Positions 40,216-54,416 of a DNA stretch of 64,000 nt are shown piece by piece. A model generated the notes under the pieces. The model did no database searches and was not told where the DNA came from. It was given only the letters and a program-made list of their open reading frames with translations. The stretch is from the human T2T-CHM13v2.0 reference genome, Homo sapiens. Made by a program: the position numbers and the translations under genes. The stretch is taken from NCBI RefSeq assembly GCF_009914755.1, contig NC_060934.1. One strand, written 5' to 3'. Every line of letters begins with the position of its first letter. Position 1 is the stretch's first letter.

Positions 40216-42837
40216 ATTTTAAGCTAATTAACGCTTATTGATTTTCTGCAATGTTTTAAGTCCTGTGCACAAAGACGGTAATAAACTGCTCAAGGAACAG
40301 GGTGTTCCTGGGTCTGGCTCTGAGCCCTTGTTTAGTTCGGAGCTATGCCAAACTCTGAAAATCTCCCCAAAACACAGAAGCCTTCTTGATTCCTGGTGTT
40401 ATAAAACCATACCTAATTGTGCCAGTGTCCCTGGGAGATAGGCATAGAGTTCTAGCTTGGGTAGCCAGGAACACATCCTCTGATACAGCAATAGCAGATG
40501 GAGTAGGGACTCCCTGCTCTCCAAACTTCTAGAAGCTCTAGAAGGAGGCAGAGTCTGGTTTGAGAGGGTGGGCATGGGAGTTGTTTCAGACACTCTAGGA
40601 GGTCATGGCTGGTGATCCTATTACATTGATAGTTTGGTTTTATAACACCGTGAATGCCAGGCTATCAACATTATGAGTAAAATTGGCTTTGGTAGCCTAA
40701 CCTGGAGTTCTAACCACTTATAACTTTTTGTCTAAAAGAGGAAGCTGTGTTCCAAAAGCTAAATGTTTTTGATTAACAATAGTTATGTATGGGTTGCTTA
40801 AAAGCATCTGTCCTCCAATGCTCTGAGCTTTACATTTGCTTCTTGTTACTACTTATTTGTTTTTCTCACCAACCCTCTAAGATATGCTGTATGATTACAT
40901 CTGTTTCTACAGATTGTGTGGCTTGGGAGTGACAGAGTTGGGATTTCAACCTAGGTGCATGTAATTATTAGAAACTGAGTGTATAGCAACTATGCCAGGC
41001 CATTCTTGGAATGAGGCTTTTTCTTAAACTGGTGGATTTTCTCTGCCTTTTTGTTAAATACTTTACATATATATCTCACAGTTTCTGTAGGGGTTTTGTT
41101 GAGTAATTAAGGTAAGGCAAATTGAAAGTATATAAAATGCCCCAGATTAAACAGGAAAAAAGATATTACCCTCTTACTTCTGTCCTATGACATACATTGA
41201 TATATGCAAAATCCCTTTTCCTAAGCACTTTTGCTTAAGGATGCCAGATAAAGGGATAAGGAAATATAACACTATTCAATTTGGCAGGAATCACAGCTAA
41301 GGTTGAATATCACATTACTTTGCTGCAAAGAGCATTTTCAGATACATTGGCTGTAGGAAGATTATGATTCTGCAAAACAAAATGTGGAAGAATAGGATGA
41401 AATTGATTGAGTTATGAAAACAATTATTATATCTATTCACTTATCATCTAATTTCCCGTTACCTGGATAATTACTGGACACTTGAATCACAGTCTACACA
41501 CTAACCAACTGATGGCCCACAGAACCTAGAGGAAGGCAAACTCTCAGCTCTGTTATTCGTCTTCTCCATGGGAAAAATATTGACACTGCTTTGGTGAAAA
41601 CTTACAGTTCAAATATACAAAAGGAGAAAACTGCAGAAACAAAATCCCTTCACAGTGATCTGGAATTTCAGTAAGATTCAGATATGATATATTTGCTCCT
41701 TTTTATTAGAAAGATTTGATTATTTGCACATTTATAATTTTTTGCATGACTCACTATTTAATCCAAGTGTTTTATGTTTATTCACTGGGTAGTCTAAACA
41801 TGTTCTCTCTTTCCAAACTATTATCAGTCATCACAGTCATTTGATATGATTCAGTTATATCCTATTATTTAAACAATCCTCTACTGACTGCCTTCTGTGT
41901 ACTCAGTATTACATACGTAATCTTTTTGTACATGTGGTAATCTTGGATAGCAAGGGGTTAACAATGCCTTGCATAGTTGTTAGGCATTTCAAAATATTTA
42001 TAGTGAAGATATGAATGCACATGACCTCTTAGTAAATAGAAATTAATTGAGCTCATGTTGTGAAACTAAATAAATTAGTGGGAAGAAAAATGGTAGGGCT
42101 TACTAGCGGAAGTAATTAGATCAAAGAATTCTCTGTTGTACTAAGTTGCCTCTGTTTGTTTCTGAATGGCTGCTAATGTTTAAATCTCTGGGCTGCCAAA
42201 TTTGTGCTATTTTGCCAACAACATTTTCTCTACTCCAAGTGTTACTGGAAAGCTAATCAGAGGCAGTAATTGATTTAATGACAGAATGATTCAATAGTTG
42301 CAATCTTCCATAAAATATCCCCTTTTTTGGGTAAGGTAAATTATCAATTTATAGATCTTCTCAGAAAAGCAGTTCTTTTTGCTCCCTTAAAAAGAAGAAT
42401 TCTTTGCAGTCAAATTTGTTTGGGGATAGAATGTTTCACCTATTTTGTGCTGGAGCATAAACACAGTCCTTCGTTGACAGTGAAGTCTCTCTTGATTCGG
42501 TTGTCCTGCATAATAATTACATGGCTGCTTAAAATGGCATGTAATCAAAATGACACAATCTTGATAAAAGACGACCGTGTCCAGGGCTCTCTGAGAAGAA
42601 TTTAATAGTAGAATTTTTGTGTTTGGCCGTTGCTGTGATAAACAGTCTAGGGTTTTGCTTTTAAGAGCCTTCTGTCTCTCTGAACTGCCTTTCTTAGCTC
42701 CTAGCTTCAGTAGTTGATGAACAACACACAGTTTCCTCCCTTGCAGGTATGTGTGGCATGAAAGAAAGAGAGAGAGAAAGGGAGACAGTGATGATAGGGA
42801 GACAGATGATAGACGATTGATAGAAAATGAGAAATCA

Positions 42838-42993
42838 TAGGTAGGTAGGTAGGTAGGTAGGTAGGTAGGTAGGTAGGTAGATAGATAGGTAGATAGATAG
42901 CTAGATAGACAGATAGATGATTGCTGGAATGGGGAATAATAGAAGATACATAAAAGAAAATAGATAGGTGATAGAGATAGAGATATATGTGTA

Positions 42994-43020
<27 letters not shown>
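42838..43020. repeat. Compound (TAGG)n(TAGA)n STR and (CA)n
   Basis: ~10 TAGG units from 42838; CA run 42993-43020. Confidence 0.95.
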
Positions 43021-43024
<4 letters not shown>

Positions 43025-43289
43025 TCACATATACCTGCTTAATGACCAGAAAAAGTACAAAACAGATGTGAAACTGCAGATTTCATGTTAAAGCTAGAAG
43101 TCTCTCCAAATGCCCACAGGTATTGAGTATGACACAGCATTTGCAGTAAAGGAAAGGATTCGGGTGAGCAGGAGGCAGCATCCTGCAGAGCCCTGAGCTG
43201 AGTTGACCTCCAATTCTAGAACTTGTCTTCTCTACTGACTCCTGAATAATTACCAGCTTCCCCACCCCAGCCTTGCCAAGCAGCAGAAA

Positions 43290-43680
43290 TTAGACCCTTA
43301 TCTCGTGCTACACACAAAAATCAACTCAAAATGAATTAAAGAGTTCAAACAGGGGAAATTGACATAGACAATGATTTTGTGGATATGAACCCCAAAGTGT
43401 AGGCAACACAAAAAAATATAGATAAATGGGACTACATGAAACTGAAAAGCTTTTACACAGAAAAAAAAAAATGGAAAACCAAAAAACAAACAAACAAACA
43501 AAAAGAGTAAAAAGATGGCCTATGGATGGGGAGAAAATATTGGCAAATGAACCATACATCCAAAAAGGAGTTAGTATCCAAAATACATAAGGAATTCAAA
43601 CAACTCGATAGCCCATTAAAAGAAAGGGCAAATAACTTGAATAGACATTTTCCAAATGAAGACATACACATGGGATACAA
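43290..43680 (+). mobile_element. L1M ORF2 fragment
   Basis: TAGACCCTTATCTC..CACAAAAATCAACTCAAAATG..ATAGATAAATGGGACTACAT..TTGAATAGACATTTTCCAAA. Confidence 0.85.
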
Positions 43681-44070
43681 CATACAACAGGGATTTCCTT
43701 GGTGTTTGCATGCCAACAGTGTTGCTCAGTTGTCCCACAGCTTCCAACTTGTACGTTTAAATAATTGTATTAGGAATGTAATATGTGTATTAATGATAAA
43801 ATTTGAGTAGTACAGAGATGATAATACATAAAATAAATATCTCCTCCCCTAACCATATCTTGATCTCCCATTTCTGGTTTTCATTCTTCTTGTGGTTATA
43901 TTTATAATAATATCCAGGTGATATGTATAAATGTCTACCTTTTGAGCTATCAACCTTAAATAGTATACATTGCTTCCCTGATATGAAAGATGTGGAATTT
44001 AGCATACTTGTACTATTTCTTCCACTTCTAAAGAAGGTTTTGTTCTCACTAATGATTGATTTTATAACTC

Positions 44071-44900
44071 TATTGAGAGATAGGAAAAAGCAAAGTGTTT
44101 TTTCTACCCTCATGCACCACTCAACACAGAACACTTCTGTGACCAGATGTGTGCAGATTTTTCCCAGTGGACAATTCTCTAGTGGACACCAACTGGGTAT
44201 CCTACAATTCCATTCAACTCTGGTGCTATCTACCTGGAGATAGTGTCAGATCTCTCAGGTTGAGAGCCCAGTCCCACAAGACTTCTCTCCGCCACTTCAG
44301 ATACCAATAGCAAATAGCAGATTGTCACTTATACTTCTGACTAACAAGCAACAAAGCAGGTTCCTGTGACACTTCCTTGGGTTTGATTAATTTCTGGGAT
44401 GTCTCACAGAACTCAGGGAAACACAATTACTGGTCTATTATAAAGATTATAAAAGATGCAGATACCTCAGATGAAGAGGTGCATAGGGCAAGGTATGGAG
44501 GAAGGGTGCAGAGATCTCATGCCCTCTCTGGGCACACCGCACTCCCGGAACTTCCATGTTTTCACCAACCAGGAAGCTTTCTGAGCCCTGTCCTTTCTGG
44601 ATTTTATGGAGACTTCATTGCATAAGGATGTTTGATTACATCACTGGCCATTGGTGATCATTCAATACTGTCCTCTCTCCTGAAGCGCAGGAGTAGGGCT
44701 GAAAGTTCCAACCCTCTAATAACATGGTTGGTTTCCCTGGCAGCCACCTCCCCATCCTAGGGGCTCCCAGTTATCAGTTGTCTTGTTATTATGCAAAAGA
44801 AGACTCATTATTCCACAGATTACAAGGGTTTTAGGAGCTGTATCCCAGGGACCAGGGGCAGAGATCAAATATATATTTCTCATTTTATCACAATATCACA
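44071..44900 (-). mobile_element. ERV1 solo LTR (MER39/MER34/LTR48-like)
   Basis: CACTCAACAC..CTTCTGTGACCAGATGTGTG..CTACCTGGAGATAGTGTCAGATC..CAGAACTCAGGGAAAC..CAATATCACA; 4-bp TSD ACTC (44067-44070 / 44901-44904). Confidence 0.85.
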
Positions 44901-44916
44901 ACTCTAGTAATATATG

Positions 44917-45242
44917 TGTATTAGTCCATTTTCATGCTGCTGATAAAGACATACCTGAGATTAGGCAATTTACAAAAGAAAGAGGTTTAATGGACTTACA
45001 GTTCCATGTGGCTGGGAAGGCCTCACAATCATGGCAGAAGGCGAAAGGAAGATAAAAGAAGAGAGCTTGTGCAGGAAAACTCCCTTTTTGAAAAACGTCC
45101 GATCTCATGAGACTTATTCACTATCATGAGAACAGCAGGGAAAGAACTGCCCCCATGATTCAATTACCTCCCACCCGGTCCCTCCCACAAGACATGGGAA
45201 TTCAAGATGAGATTTGGGTGGGGACACAGCCAAACCATATCA
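44917..45242 (-). mobile_element. THE1A/B solo LTR
   Basis: TGTATTAGTCCATTTTCATGCTGCTGATAAAGACATACC...GGGGACACAGCCAAACCATATCA. Confidence 0.92.
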
Positions 45243-45519
45243 ATACTTAAATCTATTTTTCTTAATATATCAACCTTAGGCTTTATATCTAGACTCCAGT
45301 ATATCTGTAAAATGGAGATAGTAATAACACCTATTTTATAAGGCTGTTATGATAATTAAATGAGAGAATCCATTTAAAGGACCTAGCAAAAGCTTGGCTT
45401 ACAGTGAGTTCTCAATTAATTTAGCTGTTATTCATTGAGGACAGTTAACTAATTGCCTCAAGCTTCATCCCCTCACAACTTTCACTGAACAACCACAGCC
45501 TCAGTCAGCAGAGTGTGAC

Positions 45520-45667
45520 TGTGATTGCCTGTAATCACAGCTACTCAGGAGGCTGAGGCAGGAGAATTGCTTGAACCCAGGAGATGGAGGTTGCAGTGAG
45601 CCAAGATCATGCCACTGCACTCTAGGCTGGATGACAGAGTGAGACTGTCTAAAAAAAAAAAAAAAAA
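45520..45667 (+). mobile_element. Alu right arm (5'-truncated AluS)
   Basis: GCCTGTAATCACAGCTACTCAGGAGGCTGAGG...poly(A). Confidence 0.9.
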
Positions 45668-46554
45668 CTAAGTAAACCATTATCTTTCCTTAGCATTTTG
45701 ATGTTTCTCTACTATTTCCTGATTGCTGTAGTTGCTGATGAAAAAATACAGTCTAACATCACACTTCACATCTTAATAGTCTCTCTTTCATCTTCATTTT
45801 CTTGTTTACAGTTTCAATACTTCTGTCTCTAGTTTTGTATTTATTTTTATTTAACTTTTTTGGTACTTAGGGCCTATTTCCATTCAATATCTTTCTATAA
45901 TTCTTGGAAATTCTTACCTACTACTCTTCAAATGTTGCCTTGGTAGTCTTTCCCTAGATCCTGGAATTTCTATTAGATAAGTGATATAACCTCTCAGTCT
46001 GTGCCCTTTTATTTTTAAATATATATTTTTTATTTCTAATATGTCAAAACAGATCTTTAAAAAATCTGCTTTTCTTGTTTTATTGCCATCAGTTTTGTTT
46101 CATAGTTTATTGTTGTGGGTGGTTTATAAACATAGTTTATATGGATTTCATGTCTTCATTTATCTCCCTTTAAAGTTTGTTTTGACTGTTTCATAAAATA
46201 AATTAAATTCCAAGTCTAGAGAATTCATGTTCCTACTGTTGATGTTTTTGGCTGTCTTTGCTAGGATTAGTCTTATATTTGTGTTTTGAAATTTAGATTC
46301 ATAGGCTCATTTTGAGTGAGAAAATCTTGCTTTTTATTTTGTTTTATCTTTTCTATCTGCTCACCCCTGGGCTCCTAGTTCAGAACCAGATCTTATTATG
46401 TTTTGAACTTTCTGATCTGTGGTAACTTAGGAATGTTGCCCTTCCACTTTGGCTCAATTCCTAGACACAAAGCTTTTCCTCCATGTATGCATGCATGCTT
46501 ACTTTCTTATCAGCCAACTATTTCAAATAAAGGTGCAGCACCCAATGTCAGGTT

Positions 46555-47500
46555 TATTCATTACTTTTATAATATTTATTGAGTTACCAGTATATTCTAG
46601 GCATTATTCTAAGTCCTGGAGGTTTAGCTGTAAACAAAACATAGTCTCTTCCCTCATGAGCTGACATTCTAGTGGAAGAGAGAGACGATAAAAAATAAAC
46701 ATGCCATATGTAAGAAGATGGTTAAGTACTATGGAGAAAAAAGAAAGAAAAATGAGGAATTTGGGGTCAGTGTTAACTCATAAAAATGATGAGAGAAATC
46801 TTCATTAAAATGGCAAGGGGGCAGTGTGGCTGGAATGAAGAAAGGAACAGGTAGAAGCAATGGAGGTGATGAGAAGGAGTTTGAAGATAAAACTAAATGG
46901 ATTGCATGTGGGTTATGATAGAAGAATCAAGGACAACTCCAATAATTGTGTTCTGCAGGATTGGTTGCCATTTACTAAGATGGTGAGGACTGTAGGAGGA
47001 GATTTGTGCCATGGAGGGGTGGCAGGTGGGGGCACAGAGCAAGAATTCAGCATTCAGACGTATTCATAAAATAAATTTGAATAAACATTCAAATCACTGT
47101 TTTGTAAGTAGTCACTTGAAATGACTATCAAATATCCAAGTGGAGATGTGGAGTAGGAAGTTGAACAAATGCTCTGGCATTTGGGAAAGACGTCTAGGCT
47201 GGGAGTTGGGATATGGGGTAATTGGGCCATGGGACTGAATGAAGTCATGGAGGGAGAGAATGTCATAAGAGAAGAAAATAAACAGTTCTGAGGGCCAGGT
47301 TCTGAGTTATGCCTAGATTTAGAGGTGGGAGATATGAAGAGGATCTAAGAGAGATGGAGAATAAGTCAGTGAACTAGAGAAGAACTAGGAAGGAGTGTCA
47401 TTCAGGAACCCAAGTGAAGAAAGACTTTCAAGAGGAGAAAGAAAGAAACCAGACCAGATGCTAATAGTAGAAAAAAGAATATGAAGGCTGAAATGTAAAG
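46555..47500 (-). mobile_element. L2 fragment
   Basis: ATATTTATTGAG..CTAGGCATTATTCTAAG..CCCTCATGAGCTGACATTCTAGTGG..ATATCCAAGTGGAGATG..CCAAGTGAAGAAAG. Confidence 0.8.
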
Positions 47501-48686
47501 TGAAACTCATTGGTAAACTTCTCAAAAATGGAGTGATTTTTTTTTGGCTTATCTGAGAAGGGGGAACCCTCCTCAATCTTTGAGGCATATTTATTCCCAG
47601 GAGATAACCCCTCCACCCCCTGCTAGCATCTGCATTAGTACCTGGCAGGTCTGTGACCTGAGGCATTGATGTTTCTGCCCTTTTCCTTATCCAAGGTGAT
47701 AATTATTTCTTTGAAAGTCTGGCTATGTTGTTTTTATTTGCTCTTTTTCTATTTGGTCACATTGGTATGTGTTTAGAGCAGTGAGAGTATGAAAAAGTAT
47801 GAATTTACTGTACCATTTTGACTGAAATTTCTTTCTGCCACACCTTTAATGTCTTCAGTAAGTGTTCCTTTTATCTTCTAGCCTCACCTGGGTCACCATT
47901 AAGAATATGATTTTTTTTTTCTATCCCATTTCACATATAGCCAAGTTGGCGGTGAAATTGATGTCTCATCACACCACACTGCCATGAGAAGTCATTTCTC
48001 CTTCCTTTATGAGTATTTCATTTGCTATATCTCCCTCTGTTCCTCCTAGTTTTTGTTGTTTTTTAAGCTCCTCCTGGGAACTCCTGTTATGGGATGGATT
48101 GTGTCCCCCCAAAATTCATGTTGAAGTAACCCTCAGTACCATAAGAATGTGACTGAGTTGGATATAGGGTCTTTAAAGAAGTTACTAAGTTAAAATGGGG
48201 TCATTATTGTCTACTTTCATTCAATGTATTTCTATTATTCTTGGAAATTCTTACATACTGTACTTCAAATGTTGCTTTAGTAGTCTTTCCCTAGATTCTG
48301 GAATTTCTATTAGATAAGTGATATAACCTATCAGTCTGTGCCTTTTTGTTTTTAAATGTATATTTTTTATTTCTAATATGTCAAAACAGATCTTTTAAAA
48401 ACCTACTTTTCTTGTTTTATTGCCATGTTTTGTTTCGTAGTTTATTGTTATGGGTAGTTTATAAGCATAGTTTATATGGATTTTATGTCTTCATTTATCT
48501 CCCTGGGCCCTACTCCAATATGACTGATATCCTTATAACAAGAGGAAGTGAGAACACACACACAGAGAAGGAGGACCATGTGAAGACACAGGGAGCAGAC
48601 CGCCATGCAGGAGCCAAGGAGGGAGGCCTCAGAACAAACCTCCTCTGCCAATACCTTGATCTGGGACTTCTAGCCTCCAGAACTGC

Positions 48687-49379
48687 TTTTTTTTTTTTTT
48701 TTTTACTTTGTATAAATGTAAGAGGTACAAATGCAATTTACTTACATGTATATATTGCATAGCAATGAGGTCTTGGTTTTTAGTGTATCCATCATTAGAA
48801 TAACGCACATTTTAGGCCAGGCTCAGTTGCTCATGCCTGTAATCCCAGCACTTTGGGAAGCCGAGGCGGGAGGATTGCTGGAACACAGGAGTTCAAGACC
48901 AGCCTGGGCAACATAATGAGACCCCCGTCTCCACAAAAAATAAAAAAAAAAATTAGCCGTGTATGGTAGCACACACCTGTGGTCCCAGCTACTCAGGAGT
49001 CTGAGGTGAGGAGGATTGCTTGAGCCTGGGATGTCAATGAGCTGTGATCGTGTCACTGCACTCTAGCCTGGGTGACAGAGTGAGACCCTGTGGGAAGGAA
49101 GGAAGGGAGGGAGGGAGGGAGGGAGGGAATGAATAAGGTACATTGTGCCCATGAAGTAATTTCTCATTCCCCACCTCTCATATGCCCAGCAACCCCTCCA
49201 AATCTCACGTGTCTATAATTCCACACTCTATGTTCATGTATGCACATTATTTAGCTCCTCCTTATAAGCGAGAACATGCCGTGTTTGACTTTCTGTTTCT
49301 GAGTTGTTTTGCTTAATATAATGGCTTCCAGGTCCTTCCATGATGCTACAAATGATAAAATTTCAGACTTTTTTATGGC
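48687..49379 (-). mobile_element. L1 3' fragment (L1PB/L1MA-like)
   Basis: Poly(T) start, TTTAGCTCC..CTTATAAGCGAGAACATG; 14-bp TSD AGCCTCCAGAACTG (48672-48685) / AGCCTCTAGGACTG (49380-49393). Confidence 0.85.
48815..49130 (+). mobile_element. AluJ with (GGAA)/(GGGA)n tail
   Basis: Dimer; TSD GAATAACGCACATT / GAATAAGGTACATT. Confidence 0.92.
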
Positions 49380-49710
49380 AGCCTCTAGGACTGTGAGATA
49401 AATTTCTCTTGTTCAGGCCACCCATTCTGTGGCACTTTCTTATGATGGACCTAGCAAAGTAATATGCCCAATTCATTCACAGATTTTTGCACCTGGTTCT
49501 CAGATTTTCTTTCAACCCAGTTCCCTGCCTTCTTCCCGGATGACTTCAATGTCCAGAGAAATGGTTCATTCAAGACCTTAGTAATTTAATAATCCCCAAG
49601 GTTCTTCTTCACTCTTCCAGAGCCATGCACCCCAAGGACATTCTTTGGTTTTCACTCAGAACTGTTTCACTATTGAAATGACACATTCACCTTTCCAGCA
49701 ATCTCAGTCA

Positions 49711-50012
49711 TTTTTTCTTTTTTGAGATGGGATCTTGCTCTGTCACCTAGGCTGGAGTGCAGTGGCATGATCATGGCTCATTGCAGCCTCAACTTCCTGG
49801 GCTGAATCAGTCCTCCCATCTCAGCCTCTCCAGTAGCTAGAACTACAGGCATGTGCCACTATGCTTGGCTAATTTTGTTGTTGTTTATTTTTTTTAGAGA
49901 TGGGGTCTCACTGTGTTGCCTCGACTGATCTTGAACTCCTGGGCTCAATTGATCCACCCACCTCTGTCTCCCAAAATGTTGGGATTGCAGGCATAAGCCA
50001 CCACATATGGCC
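49711..50012 (-). mobile_element. AluJ
   Basis: GATCATGGCTCATTGCAGCCTCAACTTCCTGGGCT; full antisense dimer. Confidence 0.92.
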
Positions 50013-50594
50013 AATTATTTTTAATGTACTGGTTCTTTAACCACTTCGTCATACTGGCTGTTATCTTCTAGATGTTCTCCCTGTATATAGGGCAACTATT
50101 TTCGTGAATTTCTCCCACCTTGCTTAGCCTGCATGACCCATTCCTTCAACAAAACTCTGCCAGCAGCCCTAACCCTCTTGTCCTTTTGTCTTTCTGCTGC
50201 ATCTTCTCAGCAAACCTAAGACCTGGATAAATCCAAATGCCTCTTTTCCATGTCTGCAACTAGGACACATTATAATTTGTTTAATGATTGTTGGGCATGT
50301 GGAGATTGTTTCTTTTTATACTACTAAGACTGTGATTAATATCATTATACATGTATCTTTGCGTGTTTCTCTGCTTACTTAAGCTAAATTCCTAGAAGTG
50401 TAGTTACAGGATTAAAAGGCTTAAGACTTTGGAAAAATGACATCAGGTTGCCTTTAAGTACATTTGTAATGATTTCCCATTACTGATATATGAGAATACA
50501 GTATACATTTTGTTGTAAACATCCCAAAGTAGAGAAAAATGAGTTTAAAATTTTAAATCAACATAAAAGATGAAAAATGACACTTCATGGCTAG

Positions 50595-50932
<338 letters not shown>

Positions 50933-50989
50933 GCTTAAGATTCTTTTTAATGGACTTTGTAAGAGATCTTTTTTTCTTTTCTCATACAT

Positions 50990-52320
50990 GATTATCAGAT
51001 ATATTGTTGACTTAGGACTTTCTTAAATTCACAAGTATTCTATCTTATGAGTTTGATTATTGTTTCAATAATCTATTATCTGCTGTTCTTGCACCTGCAG
51101 GGCTACCAATTATACATAAATACAGGATTTTTTCCCTTTCATATTTGTCATGTTCTTTATTTCTGTGTTCAGCTCCATTCTTTTCCTCCATATTCTTGAA
51201 AATCATCTAAATATTTTCCCAACATTTTATTGATTTTTCCACATTTTCAATACTTTTTCTTTTAGAATTTTATATGCAGATTTTAAATTATCCAATACAT
51301 GCCTAGTTTTCTTCTCCTATCTTCTTATTTTATCTAGTTCCCTTTTCTTCTCTTCCTGTGTCTCAGACAGCTTCTGAATAATTTCTTGCTATCTTTCTTT
51401 TCTTGTTTCATGGCCTGATTAAATTTTGAGATGACAAAACCAGTATTGCTGACAATCTTCTTGTGAATCTTGTAGTAGACCTTTTTTGAGGCATGTGGTT
51501 CTTCTTCTTGAAGATGACATTTCTCTTTTTTGGGTGGCAGAATTTTTTCTACTGGATTCATTTTTTTCCTGTTTCTCTTCTTTAGTGAGAAGGTCACTCT
51601 TCAGATCCGCTTTTGCTGATATACAGGGCAAGCGAAATCTCCTTAGTGTCTCTAACTCTTCACCTGGTCACTGTTAGAATTTCTCTCCCATGCAGCAGCC
51701 TGGGTTATTTTATACAGATCCTTTTCTATTTCCTGAGGCTGGTGGTCATTTATATACAGCATGGCTGTGCTGCATTGAGGAAGGATCTTCTGCCTCTCCT
51801 GTCATCTCTCTGTGTGAAGAGGAATTTATTTTAGATTCTCTGAAGCATCCTACAGATCATCCCTTTCCAGAAGTGGTGCAAGAAAAACTATCGCCTCTCC
51901 ATCTCTGATGGCTCCCACAACTCTTTCTTCTTTTTCTCATCTTACAATAGATTTGTATCCCAGGATTGATGTCCCACCACAAATCTGTCTTTGTAGCCCA
52001 GAAATAATGCTCCATTAGAAATCCCCCACCCCAATCAGATAGTTTTTATTGAAAACGTATGTGTCCAAATGAGTACAGAAAAGAAGGGCATACTTTTAAT
52101 TGGTGGAAATAGGTGGTAAAGGGGCCCCAGCTGCTGCAGAACACAGCTCCTATATTAGGTTGATGGCTTTTCTCATTTTGACCAGAGAAAGTTCTTAAAC
52201 TTTCTGTGATCCCTGGGCAGTGGTGGAAATTGCCTAATGTCCTCTCCTTAAGTTCTGTCCACATTTGGTTGGTATATCTGGTGTGCTATGAACCAGTATT
52301 TCTTATTTCCAATGCTCTTG
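50990..52320 (-). mobile_element. HAL1/old L1 ORF1-like fragment
   Basis: T-rich + strand; K/E-rich broken - strand frames (51334-51631) as in decayed ORF1. Confidence 0.55.
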
Positions 52321-52323
52321 TAA

Positions 52324-52626
<303 letters not shown>

Positions 52627-53069
52627 GATTATATCTTTCTTTCAGTGTTATTGTGAGTATTTCAATGAGAAGGTAGAAAAGGGTGACTATAACACCACTA
52701 ATGGTCCTTCAACTTAATATGGAAGTCTATATTTTTCTTAAAGTTATAGAATGTGGTTTAATGAAGAATTAGTGATCCTTTTACATGAGCTTCAAATATG
52801 TAAGAAAAAAACATGATTGAATTTCTACGAATGAAGGCTTTCCCCTACTTATTACATTTTCAGTATGTTTTAGTTGATATAGATGTGTTTATTGTAAGTT
52901 ACAGTACATTCTCCCGAATTCCTAAGTCTTTACAGGTCACCTTCACTCTATAAAGAAACTTGTGGAAATGGTCATAATCAGAGTTCGACAGAACTGATAA
53001 TGATCGACTTTCTTCATATTACCCTGCTTGTACTTGCATTTTTCCCATCTTCTATTTCAAGAGGAGCCA

Positions 53070-53330
53070 TAGAATAGTGGTCAAGAATATGAATTCTGAA
53101 GCCAGACTACCCAAATTCAAATTTCAGGCCAACAACTTCTAGCTACCGGCCCTTGGGCAATTTTGCTTAACCTTCCTGAATTTTCATTTCCTTGGGTATA
53201 ATGTTGGATTGGGAATGATATGTACTCCATAAAGTTGATATGAATATTAAATAAGCACATAGTTGTAGAATTTTAAAGCAGTAATCAGCATATGGTAAGC
53301 ACTATATATGTGACTTTTATTACTATTAGT
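53070..53330 (+). mobile_element. MIR
   Basis: AGTGGTCAAGAA..TCTGAAGCCAGACT..TTCAAAT..CCTTGGGCAA..GCTTAACCT. Confidence 0.78.
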
Positions 53331-53948
53331 GCTTTGTGATAAATTTAGGACTATTTGGCAATTTCTATGAAAAAGTGATGTTTTCATTAGGTTGTGTGTA
53401 AACCTGAATGGTAACAGAAGCCTGCGATGTAAAAGCTGGAGGGAAGACCATTCCAGAAAGAAAAAAACAACAACTGTAAAGACCCTGAGATAGGAATGAA
53501 TTTGTCCTGTTCAAGAAACAGCAAGGCCTGAGTAACTGTCATTGCTGGGTGGCAGTGAAATGGTACACAGTCCTCGATGCACATAAATACTATTTATTTA
53601 ATGTACCAAAATAATTGATGCATGCTGTAAAGCACCCAAAAGACATTTATGCAAAAGACATTATATATGGGAATGATCTGACTGATGTTTACCTTTTTAT
53701 GTATGCTATTCATGGTGAAGGCAGATCTAACACTCTGTTCCTATTAATTCTTTTTTTTTTCATTTTCTTCTAGGAATTTGTAACAGAAAACCCAACATCT
53801 GATTCAAAAATAATAGCTTCTGTTTATTTTGTCCCAATAAGCAGTATAATTCTTCGTTGCAAAAACAGAAAAGCAGCTTAAATTGATTTAAACTTAATGG
53901 GTAATTTATTATTATAATGTTGAGGTGTCTCTCAGAATACAAGGGTAG

Positions 53949-54416
<468 letters not shown>

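Larger units (their letters stand above)
48085..49466 (+). mobile_element. MLT1A LTR split by a templated copy and by an L1 fragment that contains an Alu
   Basis: TGTTATGGG..TGTGTCCCCCCAAAATTCAT..GTCATTA | TGGGCCCTA..CCAATATGACTG..AGCCTCCAGAACTG | GACTGTGAGATAAATTTCT..TAGCAAAGTAATA. Confidence 0.88.

Noticed and set aside
51334-51631. Lys/Glu-rich ORFs
   Set aside because: Best explained as the A-rich strand of a decayed HAL1/L1 ORF1 region.
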